In this document: positions 1-10,005 of the stretch, one piece after another | Position numbering within the stretch: the first letter of the stretch is position 1 | Layout of the letters: each line of letters opens with the position of its first letter | Assembly (NCBI GenBank): GCA_902610815.1 | Contig: CACLXG010000004.1 | Coordinates: 52,566 to 116,565, forward strand | Direction of reading: 5' to 3' | DNA: 64,000 bases | DNA from: an uncultured Candidatus Actinomarina sp. | GTDB taxonomy: Bacteria > Actinomycetota > Acidimicrobiia > Actinomarinales > Actinomarinaceae | Notes under the pieces: generated by a model | Database searches by the model: none | What the model was told of the DNA's origin: nothing | What the model saw: only the letters and a program-made list of their open reading frames with translations | Program-made: the position numbers and the translations under genes

Positions 1-373
1 TATTTGCATGATGTTCAATTTCTGAAAGAATGATTTCATCTCCGGGATTTAAATCTTTACAAATAGAATTTGCTAAAAAATTAAACCCCTCTGTACAACC
101 TTTTGTAAAAATAATTTCATCTGAGGAATAAGCATTAATAAAATCTTTAAGCTTGTTTCTCACATCTTCATATTTTGCCGTAGTTTCTGATGAGAGAACA
201 TAGGTACCCCTATGAACATTTGCGTTAATATTTGAATATACATTTGACATTTCATTAATAACAACTTCTGGTTTTTGAGACGTTGCACCAGAATCTAAAT
301 AAGTCAATCTTTTTCCATTAATTTCTCTTTCAAAAATTGGGAAATCTTTTTTAAGATCAGTTACTTTTATCAT
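1..373 (-). CDS. sufS: SufS cysteine desulfurase, 5' part only (runs off window)
   Basis: Manual translation MIKVTDLKKDFPIFEREINGKRLTYLDSGATSQKP...NANVHRG...EHHAN; ATG overlaps the sufC TGA. Confidence 0.93.
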   Translation of the reverse strand, partial: MIKVTDLKKDFPIFEREINGKRLTYLDSGATSQKPEVVINEMSNVYSNINANVHRGTYVLSSETTAKYEDVRNKLKDFINAYSSDEIIFTKGCTEGFNFLANSICKDLNPGDEIILSEIEHHAN

Positions 374-1095
374 AAGTATGTTTCATATCCTTCTTTTTCA
401 AGTTTTTCAGATAATTCAACTCCACCAGATTCAACAATTGACCCATCGACAAAAACATGGACGAAGTCAGGTTTTATATATTCCAATAGTCTCTGATAGT
501 GGGTTACAACTAAATAGCCTTTATCATCAGTTTTTAATTTACTTACACCCTCACCAACAACTTTTAACCCATCTACATCTAATCCAGAATCAGTTTCATC
601 TAAAACTGCGAGCTTTGGATTGAGTACAGCTAGTTGAAGAATTTCATTTCTCTTTCTTTCTCCACCAGAAAATCCTTCATTTAAATATCTATCAGCGAAA
701 TCTGCAGACAAGCCTAGCTGTTCCATTGCTTCTGCAACTTTTAATCTAAGTTCAAGTGTCGTGTACTCAGTTTCTTCAATATTAGAAAGTGCTGTTTTAA
801 GCATATTTACTATTGTTACTCCTGGAATTGATTCCGGATATTGAAATGCGAGAAACATACCTAACTTTGCTCTGTTGTCTACAGGTTCTTCAGTGATATC
901 TTCACCTTCAAATATTACAGATCCTTCAGTAACCTCATAAACTGGATTTCCCATAACGACATTTGCCAAGGTAGATTTACCGGAACCATTTGGTCCCATA
1001 ATTGCGTGTACTTCGCCTGGGTTAATTTTTAAGTCAACACCTTTTAAAATTTCGGCACCTTCAACTTCTGCGTGTAAATTTTTAATTTCTAACAT
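370..1095 (-). CDS. sufC: Fe-S cluster assembly ATPase SufC
   Basis: GPNGSGKST, FQYPESIPGV, FSGGERKR, LDETDSGLD; start moved to MLEIKNL (TAACAT 7 nt upstream). Confidence 0.95.
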   Translation of the reverse strand: MLEIKNLHAEVEGAEILKGVDLKINPGEVHAIMGPNGSGKSTLANVVMGNPVYEVTEGSVIFEGEDITEEPVDNRAKLGMFLAFQYPESIPGVTIVNMLKTALSNIEETEYTTLELRLKVAEAMEQLGLSADFADRYLNEGFSGGERKRNEILQLAVLNPKLAVLDETDSGLDVDGLKVVGEGVSKLKTDDKGYLVVTHYQRLLEYIKPDFVHVFVDGSIVESGGVELSEKLEKEGYETYL

Positions 1096-1171
1096 AACAT
1101 CTATGTTAATTATGATTTGAAACAAGTTAAATATGATTAGCGAAATAAAAAATAAAAATTACAATTAGATA

Positions 1172-2293
1172 ATGCAATTTACATTAACTGATCTGCAAAA
1201 TGAAATTAAAGAGAACTCAAATAAACTTTTAAAAGAAAACATAGACCTTCTAGAAACAATCCAAAAAGTTGATGATAACTGCAGAATTGATAAAAAAGTA
1301 TGGGATTTAGTCATTGACCAAGGTTGGTTAGCCTTAGATGTGCCTGAAGAGGACGGTGGACTTGGTTTTTCTAATACTGATACAGCTATACTCTCTGAGG
1401 TTCTTGGTTACTATATGCCAATAATTCCAATATTTAGCTCAGGTGTCGTTTTTAAACACATATTAATGAATTCAAAAAAAGAAAAAAAAGACGAGTTATT
1501 ACCTGATATCATAAGCGGTCAAAAAATAGGAACTTTTGCTGTATATGAAAGTGATAAATATGAAATTAATCATGACACAACAAACACTCAGCTAACTACT
1601 GTTGATTCGGGTTATATTCTTAGTGGAAATAAAAAATATGTTATGTTTGGTGATGTTTCAGATTACATTGCTGTTTTAGCAAAACATGAAGATGGGTATA
1701 AGTTTGTGTTAGTTTCTTCAGATTCTGAAGGAGTAATAATTAAAGAAACTACTTCTCTTGATCAAACACGACCAATGTGTGAAGTTGAAATGTCAGAAGT
1801 TGCATTAGATAGTGATGCAGTTTTGATTGAATTAGACACAAATTTGTCTGAATGGAATAAAGTTAAAAATATTGCGCTCGGCTACTTAGCGATGGAACAG
1901 GTAGGTGCATCTCAGGCATGTTTAGATATGTCTACAAAGTATGCAAAAGAAAGGATACAATTTGGAAGACCAATTGGATCCTTTCAAGCAATTCAACATA
2001 TATGTGCCAATATGCTTATGGAATTGGAAAGTGCAAAATCTGTTGCCTATAGTGCAGTGAGGATTGACTATTCAGATGATATAGAGACTGAAATGAGCTC
2101 AATGCTTGCAAAATCGTACTGTTCTGAGGTTTTTAATAAAATAGCTGGTGACAATATTCAGGTTCATGGTGGAATTGGTTTTACATGGGAACATCCAGCA
2201 CATTTATACTTTAAAAAAGCTAAGTCCGACTCACTCTTATTAGGAACTCCGAAACTAGCAAGAGATAAAATAGCAGAACTTCTCAACCTTTAA
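1172..2293 (+). CDS. Acyl-CoA dehydrogenase family protein (FadE-like)
   Basis: R-x-QFGRPIGSFQAIQH and QVHGGIGFTWEH motifs. Confidence 0.9.
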   Translation: MQFTLTDLQNEIKENSNKLLKENIDLLETIQKVDDNCRIDKKVWDLVIDQGWLALDVPEEDGGLGFSNTDTAILSEVLGYYMPIIPIFSSGVVFKHILMNSKKEKKDELLPDIISGQKIGTFAVYESDKYEINHDTTNTQLTTVDSGYILSGNKKYVMFGDVSDYIAVLAKHEDGYKFVLVSSDSEGVIIKETTSLDQTRPMCEVEMSEVALDSDAVLIELDTNLSEWNKVKNIALGYLAMEQVGASQACLDMSTKYAKERIQFGRPIGSFQAIQHICANMLMELESAKSVAYSAVRIDYSDDIETEMSSMLAKSYCSEVFNKIAGDNIQVHGGIGFTWEHPAHLYFKKAKSDSLLLGTPKLARDKIAELLNL

Positions 2294-2294
2294 A

Positions 2295-2498
2295 TTGAAG
2301 AGATTAGATAGGTTCGAAAATTTTAGGTTTGTTGGATATAGAAAAAATATGAAAGTTTATGATTGTGACAACGAAGAACAGTTTGAAAAATTAACCACTT
2401 TGACCAACAAAGTTGATTACATCAAATTAAATCTGATTCAGTCATTTTCACCAGATAATATTGATGAAGCAAAAAATAGAGGTTTTAAACCAGCCTAA
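2295..2498 (+). CDS. Small hypothetical protein (67 aa)
   Basis: TTG start 1 nt after upstream stop; fills the gap between genes. Confidence 0.7.
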   Translation: MKRLDRFENFRFVGYRKNMKVYDCDNEEQFEKLTTLTNKVDYIKLNLIQSFSPDNIDEAKNRGFKPA

Positions 2499-3453
2499 CT
2501 TTCTCCCAGTAATTTCTGTCTGAATCTAAGACATGTTTAATCAAACCCTTGTTTTCTAAATATATTAAATGAGCCATAGTTTCTTGAAATGCAAGTCTTA
2601 GGTTGAGCTCATCAAGCTTTCTTGGAAAAAGTAAATTTACAATCTCCCATCCTGTAAATTTTGAGCTCCCAATTAGGTTGATGATTTTATCAGATCTTTT
2701 TTTATGATGAAGTTGCATTTGCTCAATGCGTGAATAAGGTTTTTCAATTAAAGCTCCATGACCAGGAGCAATTAATTTTTGTTCTAAGTTGTAAACCTTA
2801 TCCAGTGATGAGGTATATTTTTCTAGCATATCATCACCAGCGTCTTCTAGAGGAATGAATGGAGTAATTTTTGGAAGAATATGATCACCAGAAAATAATA
2901 TATGGGATAGATTATCAAGGATTGAGATTTCCGTTCTATCATGTCCAGGGGTAAATATAATTTCAATATTTCTATTTACATCTTTAATATTTCCTTCTTC
3001 AAGCAAAACGTCTGGTTTTGCAATTTTTCCTGCATATATTGGAGTTTCTATTTGGTCAAGGTCATCTAAGAAGCTTTTTGGGGCCCCTTCTTGTTTTGCA
3101 ATTTCTTTAAGTTTCTTAAACCTAATTGACCAATTGTTGTAGCCCTCAATAAAATCTACAGAATTTTTATATAATGCAAATGGTATATCTTTTTCTCTCA
3201 GTGTTGATGACAAACCTATATGATCAGAATGCATATGGGTACCAATTAATAGCTTGACATTTTCATATGACAAGCCAAATGACTTCATTTTGGCTTCTAA
3301 TAATTCTCGATACTCGTTTCCGTTAACTCCACAATCAATCATCACATATCCGTCTTTGTCCTCAATGAAATATATATTTACAAAACCAGGAGAGCTCCAC
3401 GGAAGTTCCATTGGTATATGTATAATGCCGTGTTGTAGATTAAAGTTTTTCAA
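2485..3453 (-). CDS. MBL-fold metallo-hydrolase
   Basis: THMHSDH, TPGH, SGDH, PGHG motifs; start moved to TTG at 3453 because the upstream extension overlaps a better small ORF. Confidence 0.88.
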   Translation of the reverse strand: MKNFNLQHGIIHIPMELPWSSPGFVNIYFIEDKDGYVMIDCGVNGNEYRELLEAKMKSFGLSYENVKLLIGTHMHSDHIGLSSTLREKDIPFALYKNSVDFIEGYNNWSIRFKKLKEIAKQEGAPKSFLDDLDQIETPIYAGKIAKPDVLLEEGNIKDVNRNIEIIFTPGHDRTEISILDNLSHILFSGDHILPKITPFIPLEDAGDDMLEKYTSSLDKVYNLEQKLIAPGHGALIEKPYSRIEQMQLHHKKRSDKIINLIGSSKFTGWEIVNLLFPRKLDELNLRLAFQETMAHLIYLENKGLIKHVLDSDRNYWEKVRLV

Positions 3454-3455
3454 TT

Positions 3456-3542
3456 CTAAAAAGTTAATAGCCAAGCACCAAAGGCTACAAGTATCAATAA
3501 ACCTGTTAAAAGAGATGCAATTATTAAATGTCTTGTCTGCAT
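3456..3542 (-). CDS. Unannotated 28-aa single-TM micropeptide MQTRHLIIASLLTGLLILVAFGAWLLTF
   Basis: TAGAAT 6 nt upstream of ATG; one hydrophobic helix; stop 2 nt before the next TTG start. Confidence 0.72.
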   Translation of the reverse strand: MQTRHLIIASLLTGLLILVAFGAWLLTF

Positions 3543-3577
3543 AGTTACATTCTACTTGAATATAAAACAATCTTAAT

Positions 3578-3594
3578 TTTGAACTTTGTTCAAA
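3578..3594. promoter_or_regulatory. Inverted repeat TTTGAAC-TTT-GTTCAAA, candidate operator
   Basis: Perfect 7-bp arms in a divergent intergenic region. Confidence 0.4.
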
Positions 3595-3705
3595 CTTTAG
3601 TAGATTTAGAAGTGACAATAACTATTATCATTTTTTTTGGGAACCCCTTGTAAAAGTGTAGTTATTATCTCGATTTGATAGAAACCCTATCTAGAAAGAG
3701 GTAAT

Positions 3706-5070
3706 TTGAAAAAATTGACCATTATTGGTGGAGGGCCGGCAGGATATGCTGCCGCACTTTACGCAAGCAATTTTGATTTAGAAATTACTTTAATTGAATC
3801 CGACACTCTAGGTGGAACTTGTTTAAACAGAGGTTGTATACCGGCAAAATACTGGCTACATGTTGCGGAATTAAATCATGAAATTGAGACCTCAAGTGAA
3901 TTTGGTATTGATATAGATAAAAAAAGTATTAACTGGGCTAAAACAGCTGAAAAAAGATACGATATTGTCAATAAGCTTGTAGGTGGAATTGGCATGCTAC
4001 TTAACTCTAAAAAGGTAAATGTAATTGAAGGCTGGGGCTTGATTAAAGACAAAAATAATGTCCTAGTTAAAAAAGCAGATGGTGAAGAATTAGTAATTGA
4101 ATCAGATTTTATACTTCTTGCAACTGGTTCAAAACCAAGATCACTTCCAAGTATTGAAATTGATAATGAATTTGTAATCACATCTGACACAGCATTGAAT
4201 TGGGAGATGCCACCAAAAAAAGTATGCGTAATCGGGGCGGGAGCCATTGGTTGTGAATTTGCAAGCCTATTAAATGATTTAGATTCTGAGGTTGTAGTTG
4301 TTGAGCTGGCTAATGAAATTTTACCTGGATTAGACAAAAGAACATCTGGTGAATTAAGAAAACAACTCTCTAAAAGAGGGGTAAGTTTTAAATTAGGCAC
4401 ATCTGTAGATTCGATTAGTGATAAAAAAGTTAGCTTTTCTGATGGTGAGAGTGACAGCTTTGATTGTGTATTAGTTGCTGTAGGAAGAGAACCTTTAACT
4501 CAAAATATTGGACTTGAGGAAGTAGGGATAAAAGTTAATAAAGGCTTTGTACAAACTAACTTAGAAACTTTACAAACCGAGATAGAAAATATTTATGCAC
4601 TAGGTGATATTGTTGATGGCACTCCTCAACTAGCTCATGTAGCTTTTGCTGAAGCAGTAAGTTCTATTACTCATATTGCAACTGGTGAAAATAATCCCGT
4701 AAATTACAACGCAATACCTTACGTTGTATATACCAGGCCAGAACTTGCTGAAGTAGGTATCAACTCTCATAAAGCAAAAAAGCTTGGAATGAAAATTAAT
4801 CAATCTCAACATAGCTTCGCTGGTATAGGTAGAGCTATGATTCAAAATCAAAATGAGGGATTAGTAAAAGTTTACTCAGAAGAAAATGGCCCTATAGTAG
4901 GTGCAAGTGTATGTGGTCCAGCAGCTGGTGAAATGATACATGAATTAATGTATATGGTTGGCTGGGAAGCGCTTCCAGATGAAGCAGCAGAGTTTATACA
5001 TGCACACCCAACACTGAGTGAAGCAATAGGTGAATCATTAATGAGTTTAAGTGGTAAGGGGTTACATTAA
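3706..5070 (+). CDS. lpdA: Dihydrolipoyl dehydrogenase (E3)
   Basis: GGGPAGY, GGTCLNRGCIP, HAHPTLSE; SD AGAGGT before TTG. Confidence 0.95.
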   Translation: MKKLTIIGGGPAGYAAALYASNFDLEITLIESDTLGGTCLNRGCIPAKYWLHVAELNHEIETSSEFGIDIDKKSINWAKTAEKRYDIVNKLVGGIGMLLNSKKVNVIEGWGLIKDKNNVLVKKADGEELVIESDFILLATGSKPRSLPSIEIDNEFVITSDTALNWEMPPKKVCVIGAGAIGCEFASLLNDLDSEVVVVELANEILPGLDKRTSGELRKQLSKRGVSFKLGTSVDSISDKKVSFSDGESDSFDCVLVAVGREPLTQNIGLEEVGIKVNKGFVQTNLETLQTEIENIYALGDIVDGTPQLAHVAFAEAVSSITHIATGENNPVNYNAIPYVVYTRPELAEVGINSHKAKKLGMKINQSQHSFAGIGRAMIQNQNEGLVKVYSEENGPIVGASVCGPAAGEMIHELMYMVGWEALPDEAAEFIHAHPTLSEAIGESLMSLSGKGLH

Positions 5071-5071
5071 T

Positions 5072-7078
5072 ATGCAAATTGAAAAAATAACCAGACAAGG
5101 ATATTCAGCAACACTTTCAAAAGAAGTTTTGTGGGATATATACAAATCTATGAAAACACAAAGATTATTGGAAGATAGATTGTTAAAAATGTACAAAGGT
5201 GGACAATTAAGCGGAGCAGTTTATCCAGGAATTGGTCAAGAAGCATGTATGGCCGGAATAGCTGCTGGTATGGATTCAAAGGATATTTTTGGTGGAACGC
5301 ATCGTGATCTTGGTGTACAAATTAAAAAAGGTGTAACTCTTAAAGAAATTGCATTAAATTTCTTTGGTAAAAATGATGGTCCTTCTAAAGGACGAGATGG
5401 AAATAGCCACTTTGGCATTGTTGATAAAGGAACTTTAATGGTGGTCTCGCCACTTCCTGACTCAGCTCCTGTAGCAGTTGGTTGGGCTCTAGCATCTCAA
5501 CAAAGTGGTTCTGGAGTAGTTGCAGTTGCAAATTGTGGTGAAGGAGCTACTGCAACAGGCACTTGGCACGAAAGTGTCAACATGGCAGCAGTACTTAATT
5601 TACCTATAGTTTTCACAGTACAAAATAATCAGTTCGCCTACTCATCACCAAATGATACAGAATTTGGAACACCCAATGTAGCTGACAGAGCTGCAGGTTA
5701 TGGAATTCCAGCAAAGATTATTGATGGAAATGATATATATGAAGTAATAGATGCAATTCATGAATCGTGTGAAGTAGCTAGGAACGGAAATGGTCCTACA
5801 CTAATTGAATTAGTCACCTTTCGTCATTATGGTCACGCAGGACATGACCCAGCTGAATACGTAAATGATGAGGTGAGAGATTTCTGGATGAAAAGAGATC
5901 CTATTGCAAGATTTGAAGATTCCCTATTAGAAGAAGGGTTATTCACAACTGAACATTTTATAAACCTAACAGATGAGTTAGAAGCTGAAATAAAAGAAAC
6001 TTTAGATTGGGCAAAAAATCAGGATGATCCAGATCCAAATAATGAGGAAGCAGATATGTTTGCTTTAAGAACAACTCCAAAGATTGAAAATAATAAAGAT
6101 AATAAAAAAACAATGAATTACATTGAAGCAATTACTAATGGATTAGACGAGTTAATGGAAAATGATGAAAACGTCTTTATGATGGGTGAAGATATTGGAG
6201 TTTTTGAAGGTGCGTTTAAAGCAACAAAAGGTCTTTTTGATAAATATGGACCATTTAGAGTTTTAGATACATCAATTTCAGAGGGTGGCTTTACAGGCGC
6301 AGCAGTTGGAGCAGCTCTTGCGGGTAAAAAACCAATAGTAGAGTTGCAGTTTTATGATTTTGTATATCCAGCACTTGATCAGATAACAACAGAAGCAGCT
6401 AAATATCATTGGAAAGCTGGAAAAGCTGTCCCTATGGTTGTTAGGGGTCCAACAGGAGCAGGTACAAGATCTGGTCCGTTTCACTCAATAAGTCCTGAAT
6501 CATTGTTAGCTCATCATCCTGGAATAAAGGTAGTTGCTCCATCTAATCCATATGATGCAAAAGGACTTCTAGTAGCTGCTGTGAATGACCCAAACCCAGT
6601 TATGTATTTGGAGCATAAAAAACTCTATAGAAAACCTGACATAAAAATGGATGTGCCGCTTGGACTGTACGAAGTTGAAATTGGTAAGGGGAAAATTGTC
6701 AGAGAAGGCTCAGACGTAACAATTGTTACATGGTCAGGAATGGTATCAGTAGCAGAACAATCTGCTCAAGAATTAGAAAAGGAAGACATTTCCGTTGAGA
6801 TTATTGACATTAGAACAATTGTTCCTCTTGATGAAGAAATTATTCTTAAATCTGTAGAAAAAACATCAAATTTGTGCGTTTTACAAGAGGATGTTCCTTT
6901 CTCATCAGTAGCATCTGAAATTTCATCTATGGTAGCTGAAAAAGGTTTTTGGAACTTAGACAATCCAATTGTTAAAGTTACGCCTCCAAATACTCATATT
7001 CCTTTTGCTCCTGTGCTTGAGGATGCTTTCATACCGAGTGCTGAAAAAGTCATAAAAGCTATAAAAGAATTACAATAA
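5072..7078 (+). CDS. 2-oxoacid dehydrogenase E1, fused alpha+beta subunits (possibly branched-chain)
   Basis: ThDP motif GEGA...NN and GHAGHD in N-half; GEDIG, ISEGG, GPFHS in C-half; one ORF. Confidence 0.9.
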   Translation: MQIEKITRQGYSATLSKEVLWDIYKSMKTQRLLEDRLLKMYKGGQLSGAVYPGIGQEACMAGIAAGMDSKDIFGGTHRDLGVQIKKGVTLKEIALNFFGKNDGPSKGRDGNSHFGIVDKGTLMVVSPLPDSAPVAVGWALASQQSGSGVVAVANCGEGATATGTWHESVNMAAVLNLPIVFTVQNNQFAYSSPNDTEFGTPNVADRAAGYGIPAKIIDGNDIYEVIDAIHESCEVARNGNGPTLIELVTFRHYGHAGHDPAEYVNDEVRDFWMKRDPIARFEDSLLEEGLFTTEHFINLTDELEAEIKETLDWAKNQDDPDPNNEEADMFALRTTPKIENNKDNKKTMNYIEAITNGLDELMENDENVFMMGEDIGVFEGAFKATKGLFDKYGPFRVLDTSISEGGFTGAAVGAALAGKKPIVELQFYDFVYPALDQITTEAAKYHWKAGKAVPMVVRGPTGAGTRSGPFHSISPESLLAHHPGIKVVAPSNPYDAKGLLVAAVNDPNPVMYLEHKKLYRKPDIKMDVPLGLYEVEIGKGKIVREGSDVTIVTWSGMVSVAEQSAQELEKEDISVEIIDIRTIVPLDEEIILKSVEKTSNLCVLQEDVPFSSVASEISSMVAEKGFWNLDNPIVKVTPPNTHIPFAPVLEDAFIPSAEKVIKAIKELQ

Positions 7079-7082
7079 AACT

Positions 7083-8354
7083 ATGAGTCAAATTGTAACT
7101 ATGCCCCAATTGGGTGAAACGGTAACTGAAGGAACAATACTTCGCTGGCTAGTTCAGGTTGGTGATGAAGTAAAAGAAGATGATCCTATTTTAGAAATAT
7201 CAACTGATAAAGTTGATACTGAAGTTCCATCTCCATTTACTGGTCAGGTAACATCTTTACTAGTTGAAGAAGGTGAGACTGTTGAAGTTGGCGCATCTCT
7301 TTTGGAGCTTGATGGAGACTCAAATAGCAGCACTGCTAGCGAAGAGACATCGAACGAAGTAGAGATAGTCAGCGCGCCAGTCGAAGAAGTTGATGTCAAA
7401 GTTGAAGAAGTTAAATCTTCACCAGTTGCTAAAAGTACTGATTTAAAGTTATCACCTGTTGTTAGAAAATTGGCATCTGAAAATAATTTAGATCTTAATG
7501 ATGTTACGGGTACTGGATCAGGTGGAAGGATTACAAGGAAAGATATTGAAAGTTTTATTACTTCTGGAAGTAAAACTGTTCAAAAACCAAAAGAAGTACC
7601 TGGCCAACAAAATGACAAGCAAGTACAAGCGGGCAAACCTTCAAGTGGTGAAATTTCTAGATTAAGAAGAAGAATTGCAGATAATATGATTATGTCAAAG
7701 CAGACTTCTGCTCATGTAATGACTTCTATTGAAGTTGATTATGAAAATGTTGAAATACTCAGAAGCAAGCACAAAAAATCATTTAAAAAAGAGAATGGTT
7801 TTTCTTTAACTTATCTTCCTTTTATATCTCTAGCCACAATATATGCCTTAAGAGAATATCCAGTTGTAAATAGTTCATTTGATCTTGATAAAGATATTCA
7901 CAGTTTTCACAGCAACATTAATTTAGGTATAGCTGTTGACCTTAATCAAGAGGGCTTATTAGTCGGAACTATTCGTGAAGCAGATTCATTTAGTTTGAAA
8001 GGTTTAGCAAGAAAAATATCCGATACATCAGCAAAGCTAAGAGAAGGATCTTATGAATTGGACGATGTTTCTGGAAGTACATTTACCATCTCTAACAATG
8101 GTTCATTCAATTCATTTTTAACTTCTCCAATAATTAATCAGCCAAACGTAGCAATATTGTCTACTGAGTCAGTTAAAAAAAGACCAGTAGTTATTGAAGC
8201 ACAGGATGGTACTGATTCTATAGCGATTAGGCATACCGGAATATTAAGTTTGACCTGGGATCATAGAGCTTTTGATGGATCAGTTGCGTTATTATTTTTA
8301 AATTCCATAGGAGAGAAATTAGAAAACTCCGACTGGTCGCAGGAATTAAACTAG
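7083..8354 (+). CDS. Dihydrolipoamide acyltransferase (E2), one lipoyl domain
   Basis: STDKVDTEVPSP lipoyl site, GTGSGGRITRKD, DHRAFDG. Confidence 0.93.
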   Translation: MSQIVTMPQLGETVTEGTILRWLVQVGDEVKEDDPILEISTDKVDTEVPSPFTGQVTSLLVEEGETVEVGASLLELDGDSNSSTASEETSNEVEIVSAPVEEVDVKVEEVKSSPVAKSTDLKLSPVVRKLASENNLDLNDVTGTGSGGRITRKDIESFITSGSKTVQKPKEVPGQQNDKQVQAGKPSSGEISRLRRRIADNMIMSKQTSAHVMTSIEVDYENVEILRSKHKKSFKKENGFSLTYLPFISLATIYALREYPVVNSSFDLDKDIHSFHSNINLGIAVDLNQEGLLVGTIREADSFSLKGLARKISDTSAKLREGSYELDDVSGSTFTISNNGSFNSFLTSPIINQPNVAILSTESVKKRPVVIEAQDGTDSIAIRHTGILSLTWDHRAFDGSVALLFLNSIGEKLENSDWSQELN

Positions 8355-8356
8355 TT

Positions 8357-9985
8357 TTGAGAAAATTAAATACTAGGTGGCTTGGTAAACTTCCGTATTC
8401 TGAAGCTTATGACCTACAACTTGGTTTACACAAATCTGTATCAAATAATTTAGACAATGACGACTACCTTATACTACTTGAACATGACAATGTTATTACT
8501 TCAGGAAGAACATCAAAAGATGGCAATTTACTTGTTTCACTTGACCATTTAAAAGAAATGAAAATAGATTATTTTGAGACGGACAGAGGTGGAGATATAA
8601 CTTTTCACGGTGAAGGTCAATTGATTGGATATCCCATAATTAGGCTTGAAGATCCAAAAAAAGTTGTTCCATTTGTGAGATTGATTGAGAATACTTTAAT
8701 CGACTCTCTAAAAGAGTTATTTATTGACTCGTTCACCAAAGAAGATAATACAGGAGTTTGGACTGAAAAGGGCAAGATTGCTTCAATAGGAATAAAAGTT
8801 AGTAAGTGGACCACATATCATGGTTTTTCATTAAATATATTTGATAAATTAGAAGGCTTCCAGCTTATAAACCCATGTGGGAATCAACTAGAAAATATTA
8901 CCTCGATTCAAAACTTTAATAATGAAGTCTCTTTCGAAGAAGTTTCAAAAATTGTATCTAAAAATTTCTCGAGGATGTTTCAATATAAAAACATTGATGA
9001 ACAATTTTCACAATTTACACCTAAACAACTTAAGTCAAAAAAAGAGTTCAATATAGACAAAATGGTTGCGGATGGAGTTTTCAAACCAACCAGTAAAGGA
9101 ATTCCAATTACTATCAAAGGAGTTCTACCAAATGAGCCAAAAAGACCTGAATGGATGAAGGTTAAAGCAAATTTAGGAAGTGATTACAGGTCTTTAAAAA
9201 ATCTATTAAAAGAACAAAAGCTAAACACAGTTTGTGAAGAGGCATCATGTCCAAACATATATGAATGCTGGTCCATGGGAACTGCAACATTTATGATTAT
9301 GGGTGATGTTTGCACAAGGGCTTGTGGATTTTGTGATGTAAAAACTGGAAAACCGGGAAGTTTAGATTGGGAAGAACCAAAAAGAGTAGCTGAAAGTGTT
9401 AAGAGCATGAAACTTTCACATGCAGTAATTACATCAGTAAATAGAGATGATTTAAATGATGGCGGTTCTTTATTTTTTGCAGAAACAATAAGAGAAGTCA
9501 AAAAATTAAACAATAGTTGTGATGTTGAAGTTTTGATACCTGATTTTAAAGGCGATAGAGCAGCGATCAACAATATAATTGAAGCCTCCCCAGAAGTAAT
9601 CAACCATAATCTTGAAACTGTACCAAGGTTACAAAGAGAAATACGAACATCTGCATCCTACGGAAGATCCTTATCTTTATTACATTATGTAAAATCTCAG
9701 GGATTTGAAGGAAAAACAAAAACAGGTTTAATTGTTGGTATGGGAGAAAGCAAGGAAGAAGTAGTGGCTGTGTTAAAAGATATTTCAAAATTAGACGTTG
9801 ATATTGTGACTATCGGTCAATATTTGCGTCCTACTGCAAAACATCGACCAATAGATAGATATGCACCTGAAGATGAATTTGAACACTATAAATTTATTGG
9901 TGAGTCTTATGGAATACCTCATGTAGAGTCTGGTCCTTTAGTTAGATCCTCATACCACGCAAAAGATTCTTTTGCGTCTGTATAG
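8357..9985 (+). CDS. lipA: Fused octanoyltransferase LipB + lipoyl synthase LipA
   Basis: N-half RGGDITFHGEGQL, KIASIG, HGFSLN, PCG; C-half CEEASCPNIYEC, CTRACGFC, RSSY. Confidence 0.93.
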   Translation: MRKLNTRWLGKLPYSEAYDLQLGLHKSVSNNLDNDDYLILLEHDNVITSGRTSKDGNLLVSLDHLKEMKIDYFETDRGGDITFHGEGQLIGYPIIRLEDPKKVVPFVRLIENTLIDSLKELFIDSFTKEDNTGVWTEKGKIASIGIKVSKWTTYHGFSLNIFDKLEGFQLINPCGNQLENITSIQNFNNEVSFEEVSKIVSKNFSRMFQYKNIDEQFSQFTPKQLKSKKEFNIDKMVADGVFKPTSKGIPITIKGVLPNEPKRPEWMKVKANLGSDYRSLKNLLKEQKLNTVCEEASCPNIYECWSMGTATFMIMGDVCTRACGFCDVKTGKPGSLDWEEPKRVAESVKSMKLSHAVITSVNRDDLNDGGSLFFAETIREVKKLNNSCDVEVLIPDFKGDRAAINNIIEASPEVINHNLETVPRLQREIRTSASYGRSLSLLHYVKSQGFEGKTKTGLIVGMGESKEEVVAVLKDISKLDVDIVTIGQYLRPTAKHRPIDRYAPEDEFEHYKFIGESYGIPHVESGPLVRSSYHAKDSFASV

Positions 9986-10005
9986 ATTCTTATATACTTA
10001 AAGCA

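Noticed and set aside
3581-3591. GAAC...GTTC as a LexA box or KstR site
   Set aside because: Spacer is 3 nt; LexA needs N4 and KstR needs N2
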